Positions 10,434 through 20,985 of a stretch of DNA of 64,000 nucleotides are shown here, piece after piece; the stretch's first letter is position 1; each line of letters begins with the position of its first letter. The notes beneath the pieces are model-generated. The model worked only from the letters and a program-made list of their open reading frames with translations. It was not told the DNA's origin and searched no databases. The position numbers were made by a program, and so were the translations under genes. This DNA comes from an uncultured Rivularia sp. Lineage in GTDB: Bacteria > Cyanobacteriota > Cyanobacteriia > Cyanobacteriales > Nostocaceae. The DNA lies in the NCBI GenBank assembly GCA_963665115.1, contig OY762007.1, forward strand, positions 768,001 to 832,000, read 5' to 3'.

Positions 10434-11514
10434 TTAGAAAGCTTGTTTGAGATACGCTTTGGTAAACAAATCTAAGTTTCCTTTCATCACTTCTTCAATG
10501 TCAGTTGTTTCTACGTCGGTACGTAAATCTTTAACTTTTTGGTAAGGATGAAAGATATATTCGCGGATTGGGTTATTATCTACATTTTTGGATGATGGTT
10601 TTTTGACATCTGTAAGTGCAACACCTTGAGCTTGCATTAATGAAAATAGCTTGCTTTTAACAACAGCTAAGGCTTTTTCCTTATTTTGCAATTGGGAACG
10701 TTTTTCTTTAGAAGTAAAGGAAATACCAGTAGGTATATGTGACATGGTTGCCCAAAAGTATCTTCCGTATGGACACACTTCACTGATTACTTCTAAATCT
10801 TTCATTGGAATCTCAAAATCCATCGACTCATCCACAATCGGGATAACTTCTACATCTGCAAAGCTGGTTTGAATTCTAGAATCTTCACTAAATGGTGAAA
10901 TTTGTCTTAATTGATGAATTCCTTGCTCGGATTTGAGATATCCATAAGCATACTTACCGAAAATTTCTAAAGTCACATAGTTAAAGCCACCCATTTCTCC
11001 TATCGACTCATCCACAAGCCGCGATTTGCAGTCATGGCTTTCACTCCAATGACAATACATCCGTAGCAGCATTTGCACCCAGCATTGAGAATCTGCATCA
11101 TTATTAACAGCAGTAATAGTAATGAAAGCTCCTTTATCATCAAAAGGCTGATTCAGAAGATTAAGAATCTCAACGTGTTTGAGTTCGTTGCTTAAGAAAT
11201 TGAAGTTGACTAGTAATTCTTGTTCTAACTGCTCGTCTGCTTCTGACTCCAGAAGTTCTAAAGCTGCTTGGATATTACCTAAACGAGTTTGCCATTCTTG
11301 ATATTGTTCTTGCTCGCAGAATATCAAATAGATTAATTCTTGAAGGGAGTTATGAGCAATTACGGTATTTTGCCAAAATTCAGGTTTAATAAGTAGCTTT
11401 TCTATATCCCGAATTTTTGTATTTAGTTGATGGATGCTAAAGACAGTCTTGAGGTTGGTTAAGGAACTTAGATAATGTTTCGATTTCGCGTTTTATTCCC
11501 AATATTTCTAACAT
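10434..11514 (-). CDS. second RF2 paralog lacking GGQ, +1 frameshift at CTT-TAG-C (join 11440..11514 and 10434..11438; ~359 aa)
   Basis: [25 protein letters not shown](TAG), then +1 frame SIHQLNTKIRDIEK..PEFWQN runs open into the 10434..11327 ORF; QISPF present; GGQ loop replaced by SEVCPYGRYFW. Confidence 0.83.
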
Positions 11515-11808
11515 GATTTTTCCTCGTTAGGTCACATTACATAAATAGTAGTACAAAAATGGGGATTGGGGATGGGGAATTAATAAAAGATGATGCGTGA
11601 CGGCAATTTCAATTTATTTCGTTATGTTTGATAATTAATCGTAGCCGTCACACAACGGCAATAACGCGGGAGGAATATCCACACCGCGTTTTGCCTCCCC
11701 TACAAATAAATTACTTTTTCAGTGACAGGAAAAGGGGATAGGGGGATGAGGAGAAATATTTAAAATTCTTAACTCATAACTCCTCACTCCTAACTCCTAA
11801 CTAATTTC

Positions 11809-12543
11809 TTAGTCTCTTCCGCCGCCGCTAATGGCAATCAATAGACGTAAGATGAAGATGAATAAGTTGATGTAGGTAAGGTACATCGATAAAGCTGCGG
11901 GTAAATATTCGTCATCTTTATAGGTACGGGGTAGTACGTAGAAGTCAACTACCGCAGCACCAACAAACAACAATACACCTAAGCCAGAAATACCGATTTC
12001 CAACCATCCAGGGGTATATACGCCAAATAAGGAAAGTCCTAATTGAATAACTAAAACTGCAACTAAGGCTATTACACCCAAACGAACAGTTTTTGCTAAA
12101 GCCATACCGTCAGTATCAGAAAGGTTAGAACCAATCTGACGAGCGGCGATAAAGGTTATTCCACAACCAAGGGCGGCGATACCAATACCCTCAATGCCTA
12201 CTCCTTGGGTTCTCAACGCTACAAATACTAATCCGCTAAGGGTGTAGCCAGATAAGAGACTGTAGGCTGCTAACAGTGGTAATGCAACTTGCTTATTACC
12301 TTTAGAAGCTACATTTTGAGCAACAAAAAACAAAATTAGTTCTACGATTATCGCGCCAATCAAGGTAGGGAAAAATAGTTCGGGATGATTGCGGATTACT
12401 CCTAACCCACCATAAGTTCCCAAAGCAGTAAGTACTAATCCACCACCTACGTAAGGAAGTGCATTAGCAATTACGTTTGGCCCTACCAGTGCTTGATTTT
12501 TAGCGTCGCGAATGGCGTTTCGGAAATTGCTCGTATTACTCAT
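11809..12543 (-). CDS. Bax inhibitor-1 (BI-1/YccA) family membrane protein
   Basis: ~7 TM helices; C-terminal 'AALSMYLTYINLFIFILRLL'. Confidence 0.88.
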   Translation of the reverse strand: MSNTSNFRNAIRDAKNQALVGPNVIANALPYVGGGLVLTALGTYGGLGVIRNHPELFFPTLIGAIIVELILFFVAQNVASKGNKQVALPLLAAYSLLSGYTLSGLVFVALRTQGVGIEGIGIAALGCGITFIAARQIGSNLSDTDGMALAKTVRLGVIALVAVLVIQLGLSLFGVYTPGWLEIGISGLGVLLFVGAAVVDFYVLPRTYKDDEYLPAALSMYLTYINLFIFILRLLIAISGGGRD

Positions 12544-12900
12544 ATTTACAATAAGTTCTTAATTGAGATATTGTTCTTTCTCCTATTTTTACGCAATTTA
12601 TTTAATTCTTACTCAGTCATTGGTTCAGTTATTGGTTCTAGAGAGAACAATTTAATAATCTTAAAAGTTACTCTAGCTAAAGTTTTGAGCGAATATTAAT
12701 CGGTTATCTTGACATATAAACAAATTAGTGAACATAGCTTTAATGCGTACAAATACGTACATGAGGGGTCTTGCACCTTGTAATTTCAGTGAAACAACGA
12801 ATGGTGTGAAAAAGGATTCACAAGGAAAATAATTACAGCTTTGATAGAACTTTACTCGGCTCGGTTTTTAACAGGAAAAAGAGTCCCTAAAGGAAATTAT

Positions 12901-13689
12901 ATGGCAGTAATTCAGTCTTCTCTCCGTTCTGATGGTATGGAATTATTATGTATATATCATCAGAATCCTTCGATTAAACTTCGTAACAGACTCGTAAAAT
13001 TGCATAGTGGTTTAGTGCGGAAGATGGCTCATAAATTTAGCCATCAATGTAACGAACCTTATGAAGATTTGGAACAAATTGGTTACTTCGGTTTAATCAG
13101 AGCAATTGAACGTTTCGATCCCACTCAAGGATACGCATTTAGTTCCTTTGCCGTCCCCTATATTAGGGGTGAAATGCTGCACTTCTTGCGCGATCGCAGT
13201 ACTTTATTGAAAATTCCCCGTCGTTGGCAAGAACTATACAACGAAGGACAGAAAATACGTAAAGATTTAGCGCATATCTTAGGAAGACAACCATTAGATT
13301 TGGAAATTGCCCGCGAGCTTAAAGTCTCGGTGCAAGAATGGCAAGAAACCAAGCTAGCGGTTCAAAATCGGATGCCTTTAAGTTTGGATGCAACCGTAGT
13401 TAACTATATCGATTGTCAAATCACCTTGGGTGAAGCATTACCTTGTCCTCAGACAGCGGCTCAGCAACATTTAGAAGAAGAGCGCCAGCAACTTCACGGG
13501 GCTATGGGTATGTTAGAAGAAAAGCCTCGGATGGCAGTGGAATTAGTATTTTTGAAAGAATTTTCTCGTAAAGATGCAGCGAAGAAAATTGGTACTAGCC
13601 CAATGACAGTAACGCGGTACCTGCAAAAAGGAGTAGATGATTTAATGAATTTAATGCAACAACCACAGGCAGTAGCTACTGGAACATGA
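12901..13689 (+). CDS. group 3 alternative sigma factor (SigF/SigJ type)
   Basis: 'YEDLEQIGYFGLIRAIERFDP', 'FAVPYIRGEMLHFLRD', region-4 HTH; ATG at 12901 after AAGGA. Confidence 0.9.
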   Translation: MAVIQSSLRSDGMELLCIYHQNPSIKLRNRLVKLHSGLVRKMAHKFSHQCNEPYEDLEQIGYFGLIRAIERFDPTQGYAFSSFAVPYIRGEMLHFLRDRSTLLKIPRRWQELYNEGQKIRKDLAHILGRQPLDLEIARELKVSVQEWQETKLAVQNRMPLSLDATVVNYIDCQITLGEALPCPQTAAQQHLEEERQQLHGAMGMLEEKPRMAVELVFLKEFSRKDAAKKIGTSPMTVTRYLQKGVDDLMNLMQQPQAVATGT

Positions 13690-13984
13690 TATGAGGAAAA
13701 TGTTGCAAAATTTATTAGTTTAAACATGGCTGTTAACATAGCCATGAAAATTCTATTTCACCGTACATTTTTTTTATCTATTAAAGCTATACATAAAGAA
13801 AGCAACACTTATCGCGTGCAAATTGTACAAAGACTTTACATCTTCCCCAACATCGACAACAGCTTTTTAACTAAATTGAATATTTTAGGAAAAGGTTAAA
13901 GGTAAGGAGTTGAGAGTAAGGAATTAGGAATTATAAATTCTACCCCCTCTACCCACTCTCCCCCCTCTCCCAATCACCTAAGAA

Positions 13985-15648
<1,664 letters not shown>

Positions 15649-15868
15649 TTAAAGTACCAGCGAACAGGTCAAAGGTTAAAGATCAAAGGTCAAAGGTGAA
15701 TAATAAGAGTTAGGAGTTAAGCGAACAGGTTAAAGGTTAAAGGTGAATAATAAGTGTTAAGAGTTAAGAGTTAGGAGTTAGCAGTGACCATTGGGAAAAA
15801 AGAAGGGAGCAAGATGCTCCCACTACGAATAGCTTTATCTCCTTGTCCCCTTGTCTCCCCATCTCCCC

Positions 15869-16879
15869 TCAACCCGGTACTTTCCCCAAGGCTTCCCGCA
15901 CGACTTCCGAACCCACTCCGAAGCGACATGAGTTTTCGGTAATATGCTGCTTCCATGCTCTACTTCCTGGTTTTCCGGCGAAGAGTTGCAGCATATGTCT
16001 GGTAATTTTATTAAGCTTCAATCCTTTGGCAGCCCATTTATCTATGTAATTATACATATTCTCTACGACTTCGTGTCTATTAAAAAACGGGGCTGATTCA
16101 GTGTAAAAATCTTTATCTACGGTAGCAAAAAGGTAGGGATTATCGTAAGCCGCACGTCCAATCATGACGGCATCAACTGACTTTAAGTGCTGCTCTACCT
16201 GAGTTAAAGTTTTAAATCCACCGTTGATTTCAATAAATAAATCAGGAAAATCTTGTTTCAAACGATGCACGTCTTCGTATCTCAAAGGTGGAACATCGCG
16301 GTTTTCTTTGGGACTCAACCCCTGCAACCAAGCTTTGCGAGCATGAACGGTAAAACGCTGACAGCCAGCTTGAGATACAACTTTGACAAAATTTACCATA
16401 TCCTCGTAACTATCTAAGTCGTCAACGCCGATTCGATGTTTAACGGTAACGGGAATTTTAGTAGCGTCAATCATCGCCGCTACACAATCAGCTACCTGTT
16501 GTGGTTGAGCCATTAAACAAGCACCAAAATTACCGCTCTGTACCCGACTGCTGGGACAACCTACATTCAAATTAATTTCGTCATAACCCATACCTTCAGC
16601 AATACGAGCGCATTCTGCCAAATCTGCCGGGCGATCGCCACCGACTTGCAGCGACAACGGCTTTTCTTCCTCAGAGAAACCCAATAAATGCTCTTTATCC
16701 CCATGCATAATTGCCGCACTCGTCACCATCTCCGTATAAAGTAAGGTGCGTTGGGTAATTTGTCGCATAAAATATCGATAATGACGGTCTGTTCTATCCA
16801 TCATTGGGGCGATGCTTAAGGGGTTGGGCATTGGGAATTGGGAATTGGGCATTGGAAATTGGGAATTGGGACAATCCAA
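15869..16879 (-). CDS. dusA: tRNA dihydrouridine(20/20a) synthase
   Basis: APMMD, NLNVGCPS, VTVKHRIG, HARKAWLQGLSPKENR; true start may be the later MPNPLS. Confidence 0.93.
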   Translation of the reverse strand: MDCPNSQFPMPNSQFPMPNPLSIAPMMDRTDRHYRYFMRQITQRTLLYTEMVTSAAIMHGDKEHLLGFSEEEKPLSLQVGGDRPADLAECARIAEGMGYDEINLNVGCPSSRVQSGNFGACLMAQPQQVADCVAAMIDATKIPVTVKHRIGVDDLDSYEDMVNFVKVVSQAGCQRFTVHARKAWLQGLSPKENRDVPPLRYEDVHRLKQDFPDLFIEINGGFKTLTQVEQHLKSVDAVMIGRAAYDNPYLFATVDKDFYTESAPFFNRHEVVENMYNYIDKWAAKGLKLNKITRHMLQLFAGKPGSRAWKQHITENSCRFGVGSEVVREALGKVPG

Positions 16880-17155
16880 AATTTATTGAGCTTTAAGCTT
16901 AAATTAGATGTTGTGACGATTTTAAAATTGTCTACCGCAAGCAATGATGACCTATGGTAATTATTTTATTTCTAAAAAGGTTCTAATGATGATTGAAAGT
17001 ATTACTGGATATAGAAAATAGTCATTCTCACTTTCTGTTTTTTAATAATTACTTACCGTTTGCTTTGAGACAGTAAAGCAAACTGTCTACCATAAAGGTG
17101 GTTTAGTATCGCTTGAGGATAAAGCTATTAGAGGCACTCATACAGAAATCCTCGA

Positions 17156-17770
17156 ATGAATACAGTTGACAATCAACTACCATTTGTGTTTAGGGCATCT
17201 AATATTAACAAAATTCAGAAGCGCAACGCTAGGGTAGATAGAGAATTTACGGATAATAATCTAAATAGCGTTGATTTAAGCGGTACGGATTTGAGTTATA
17301 TCCGTTTAAATGAAGCTCAATTGATAAATGATTGTTTTGCAGAAAGCGATTTAAATTGGAATTTACTAAGCAATAATAATTTGGAAGACTTTGATTTTAG
17401 TAATGCAAACCTCAGTCTTGCTATACTTCGAGGTGCAAGTTTGAAAGGTGCTAATTTCTGTCTTGCTATTTTGCGCGGTACCGATTTGCAAGAGGCAGAC
17501 TTACAAGGAGCTATCTTAAGCGGTAGTATTCTCCAAGGTGCCAATTTGCGAGCAGCGAATCTCAGCAATGCTTATTTATTAGGGACAAATCTCAGTCATG
17601 CTGTTTTGAGTAATGCTGACTTAACTAATGCTCATTTACTTGGTGCAAATCTCTCCGATACCGATTTCGATGGCGCTACGGTTAATAATGCTCGATTTGG
17701 ATGGAATACAGGCATTTCTGAGAAGATGAAATTTGAATTGCAGCAGCAAGGGGCGATTTTTGAGGATTAG
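17156..17770 (+). CDS. pentapeptide repeat protein
   Basis: A(N/D)LxG repeats; C-terminal 'NARFGWNTGISE..ELQQQGAIFED'. Confidence 0.88.
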   Translation: MNTVDNQLPFVFRASNINKIQKRNARVDREFTDNNLNSVDLSGTDLSYIRLNEAQLINDCFAESDLNWNLLSNNNLEDFDFSNANLSLAILRGASLKGANFCLAILRGTDLQEADLQGAILSGSILQGANLRAANLSNAYLLGTNLSHAVLSNADLTNAHLLGANLSDTDFDGATVNNARFGWNTGISEKMKFELQQQGAIFED

Positions 17771-17825
17771 GATATCAGGTCAAAGGTTAGAGGTTAAAGG
17801 TTAGAGGTTAAAGGGAAGTGTAATC

Positions 17826-18337
17826 GTAGGTTGGGTTAGACGCACGACAAGATTTAATAATTAACCAATTAATTAATATTGCGTCGTAACCCAACAAAGC
17901 GCGTTTTTATGGTTATTACGAAGTAGATTCAGACGGGCAGGGATGCCCATCCCACAAGAGTGGTAGGTTGGGTTAGACGCACGACAAGATTTAATAATTA
18001 ACCAATTAATTTATATTGCGTCGTAACCCAACAAAGCGCGTTTTTATGGTTATTACGAAGTAGATTCAGACGGGCAGGGATGCCCATCCCACAAGAGTGG
18101 TAGGTTGGGTTAGACGCACGAGAGGATTCAATAATTAACCAATTAATGAATTTTGCGTCGTAACCCAACATCAGTATTTTGATTTCAGATAAAAAAATTA
18201 GATAAAATTGCACAAATCGCTTTGTTGGGTTAGACACACGATAAGATTTAACAATTAACGAATTAATTCAAATTGCGTCGTAACCCAACAAATAAAAACT
18301 CTGATATTGTTGGGCTTCGTTCCTTAACCCAACCTAC
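17826..18337. repeat. REP/REPIN array upstream of RAYT; 137-bp tandem unit starting 17826, 17963, 18100
   Basis: GTAGGTTGGGTTAGACGCACG...GCGTCGTAACCCAACA hairpins alternating with GACGGGCAGGGATGCCCATCCCAC; closes with inverted CCCAACCTAC at 18337. Confidence 0.88.
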
Positions 18338-18399
18338 GAATTAAAACCAAAAAATAAAAATACGAAATATAATCGTGTTTTATTTATCTAACAAAATAA

Positions 18400-18942
18400 A
18401 TGGAATACCGTAGAGCAAAAATAGAGGGAGGTACTTTCTTTTTCACGGTTGTAACTCAAAATCGCCGCAAATTTTTGTGTCACGAAGAAAATATTGTATT
18501 GCTAAGAAAGATATTCAAACGGGTAATGCAGCAGCACCGCTTTACAATCGACGCAATAGTAATTTTACCCGAACATTTGCATTGTATTTGGACTTTACCA
18601 CCAAACGATGATGATTTTTCAACTCGTTGGAGCTTGATTAAAGGTGGTTTTAGTCGTCTTTGTCATCCCAAGTATAAAGGAAAAATATCTGCATCGCGCC
18701 AGCGTAAAAAAGAACAAGGAATTTGGCAACGTCGTTTTTGGGAACATCAAATCCAGGATGAAGCAGATTTTATTTACCATGTGGATTATATTCATTACAA
18801 CCCGGTGCGACATGGATATGTAAAAGCACCCAAGGATTGGAAATATTCAAGTTTTCATCGCGATGTTAAACGAGGTATTTATGATATTGATTGGGGTGCA
18901 GGAGTAGAATTAGAATTTCCCGATTGGGTGGGAAATGAATAA
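18400..18942 (+). mobile_element. REP-associated tyrosine transposase (RAYT/TnpA-REP, HUH Y1 family)
   Basis: GGTFFFTVVT, HUH motif PEHLH, WQRRFWEH, DYIHYNPV; flanked on both sides by GTAG REPs. Confidence 0.93.
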
Positions 18943-18944
18943 TT

Positions 18945-19188
18945 GTAGGTTGGGTTAGACACACGACAAGATTGAGTTATTAACCGACAATTGAAATTGC
19001 GTCGTAACCCAACACCAATATTTTGATTTAATAATGAATTATCAGATATAGATTTTTTTATGAATTATCCAACATACATTTATGAATGAAGCGAGTTGTT
19101 TTGTTGGGTGTTTAATATTTATTTTGGTTTGAATTATTTCGTTGAGTTTTCCAGATTATGTTGGGTTTGGTTCCTCAACCCAACCTAC
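18945..19188. repeat. REPIN (inverted GTAGGTTGGGTT ... AACCCAACCTAC pair)
   Basis: Directly downstream of the RAYT stop; AT-rich core homologous to copies at 19260 and 20088. Confidence 0.85.
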
Positions 19189-19259
19189 GAACTTTCAACC
19201 TTGGCAAGAATTGTTCGTCATCCATAATTCAATACCTCAAATAACTAACAAATAACATA

Positions 19260-19477
19260 GTAGGTTGGGTTAGACGCACGAAAAGATTTAACGATCAACC
19301 AATTAATTTATATTGCGTCGTAACCCAACATCAATATTTTGATTTCATCTGAAATTACCCAACATACATTTTTTGATGAAGCGCATTGTTTCATTGGATA
19401 TTTAATATTATTTTTAGTTGAATTATTTGGTTTAGTTTTCCAGATTATGTTGGGTTTCGTTCCTCAACCCAACCTAC
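19260..19477. repeat. REPIN copy
   Basis: Same terminal REPs and homologous core. Confidence 0.85.
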
Positions 19478-19500
19478 GAACTATTGATGAAGAATTATCC

Positions 19501-20046
19501 TCATCTCGCATCACGTCCAGTTCCCCACTGCGGACCGTGTATGATAGTTCCATCCGGCATAGTAGTATGCCAAATCAAATTCATGCCTCGGCAGATCAAG
19601 CCGTTACTGGTGTGGGCACCTTCAAAGTTAGCTTCAGCGAGAACAGCATATTCCAAGGTATCAAGATAGGCTCCGCGAAAACTAGTACCTATGCCGTTGA
19701 TACAATCAAGGTCGCTTCCCCGCAAATCGGTATCGATGAAGCCACTATGAGAAACGTTGGCACCATACAAATTGACATCCCGAAGGATTCCTTTGCTCAA
19801 ACAACAGCCACCCAGAAAAATCCCCCCCAAATCGGCTCCAGTCAAATCGGCTCCAATCAAGGCGACTTCATTGAAGTAAGCCCCTCGCAAGTTAATATCT
19901 CGCAAAACCACACCATCAAGATCGCTCCCTTCTCCACCATATTTGGAAGGGCGAAAACCATTCTCAAGCAATCTAATTCCAGCAAAGTTTCGTTCCCCAT
20001 CAGCATACCGTTCCAACAACTCGTCAGCAGTAATTTCCCAGACCAT
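19501..20046 (-). CDS. pentapeptide repeat protein ('ELLERY..GERNF' N-terminal type)
   Basis: ITADELLERYADGERNF, degenerate pentapeptides, C-terminal TMPDG. Confidence 0.85.
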   Translation of the reverse strand: MVWEITADELLERYADGERNFAGIRLLENGFRPSKYGGEGSDLDGVVLRDINLRGAYFNEVALIGADLTGADLGGIFLGGCCLSKGILRDVNLYGANVSHSGFIDTDLRGSDLDCINGIGTSFRGAYLDTLEYAVLAEANFEGAHTSNGLICRGMNLIWHTTMPDGTIIHGPQWGTGRDAR

Positions 20047-20087
20047 TATTTATTTTTCGCAATAACCAATACATACAACTCTAAACG

Positions 20088-20307
20088 GTAGGTTGGGTTA
20101 GACGCATGAGAAGATTTAATTATTAGCCGATTAATAAAATTGCGTCGTAACCCAACATCAATATTTTGGTTTCATATAAAATTGCCCAACATAAATTTTT
20201 TAATGAAGCGAGCTGTTTTGTTGGGTGTTTAGTATTTATTTTGATTTGAATTATTTCGTTAAGTTTTCCAGATTATGTTGGGTTTCACTCCGTTCAACCC
20301 AACCTAC
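20088..20307. repeat. REPIN copy
   Basis: Same terminal REPs and homologous core. Confidence 0.85.
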
Positions 20308-20359
20308 AAACTTATCATTGCAAGCTCCTTTATTAGTTGAGCCTCAAGCAACAGTTGAT

Positions 20360-20869
20360 TTACCAATCGTAGTCGGTAGTGTCGATAACAGTCCCGTCTT
20401 CCAAAGTCAACTGCATAGGTATACCAGTAAAATCGACGGTCTTGACATTTTTAGCTCCCGTGAGATCGGGACTAAATGGATCGATAACTCTAATTTCGGC
20501 ATAGAGCAAGTTAGCCCCTCTCATATTAGTACAATCCAACTCAGTCCATTCAAGAAAGGCTTCGGTCAAATTGGCTCCACTCAAATTGGCATTGGTAAGG
20601 TTGCTCTTGCTCAAGTCAACACGGGTCAAGTTGGCATTACTCAAATTAGCTCCAGCCAAATTAACCCCCCTCAAGTAAGCCTCAGTCAAATCGGCACTAC
20701 TGAGATTAATTCCACTCAAATCAGAAGTGATTCCCTGACGGTAGGGTTCGGTATAAGAATCAACGTCAAAGCGGCGGTGAACTCCACTAAGGTTAGCTCC
20801 TCTAAGGTCAACCTCACTAAAATCTCTCTCCCCAGCAGCATACCTTTCCAACAACTCCTCAGCAGTCAT
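20360..20869 (-). CDS. pentapeptide repeat protein ('ELLERY..GERDF' N-terminal type)
   Basis: MTAEELLERYAAGERDF, ANL repeats, C-terminal TLEDG; GAGG RBS. Confidence 0.87.
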   Translation of the reverse strand: MTAEELLERYAAGERDFSEVDLRGANLSGVHRRFDVDSYTEPYRQGITSDLSGINLSSADLTEAYLRGVNLAGANLSNANLTRVDLSKSNLTNANLSGANLTEAFLEWTELDCTNMRGANLLYAEIRVIDPFSPDLTGAKNVKTVDFTGIPMQLTLEDGTVIDTTDYDW

Positions 20870-20890
20870 AATTTACCTCTTGAAACAAGA

Positions 20891-20959
20891 TGTTGGGTTA
20901 CGGCGCAATCACATTTCGGGTTGAAAATTATAACTATTCGTGCGCCTAACCCAACCTAC
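20891..20959 (-). repeat. single GTAG REP hairpin of the RAYT-associated family
   Basis: TGTTGGGTTACGGCGC...TGCGCCTAACCCAACCTAC. Confidence 0.8.
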
Positions 20960-20985
20960 AAATTACAAATAATCAATCCCTAATA

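Noticed and set aside
9184..11514. RF2 paralogs as a diversity-generating retroelement target/template pair
   Set aside because: No reverse transcriptase in the window, and the differences include indels and are not visibly confined to adenines
9184..11514. Paralogs as PrfH or ArfB rescue factors, or as simple pseudogenes
   Set aside because: PrfH and ArfB retain GGQ and lack the RF2 N-terminal domain. Both copies here are open for 334 codons after the shift site, which argues against, but does not exclude, pseudogene status
17998..18237. Short ORFs 17998..18237 and 35712..35909
   Set aside because: Lie entirely within REP or MITE sequence
17826..18337. Regularly spaced repeats resembling a CRISPR array
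   Set aside because: The intervening sequences are near-identical rather than unique spacers, the repeats are GTAG-REP hairpins beside a RAYT, and there are no cas genes
19339..20983. Long plus-strand ORFs 19339..20091 and 20225..20983 (also 36456..37037 and 36631..37029)
   Set aside because: Antisense shadows of pentapeptide genes (QI/QV periodicity) that run through REP DNA
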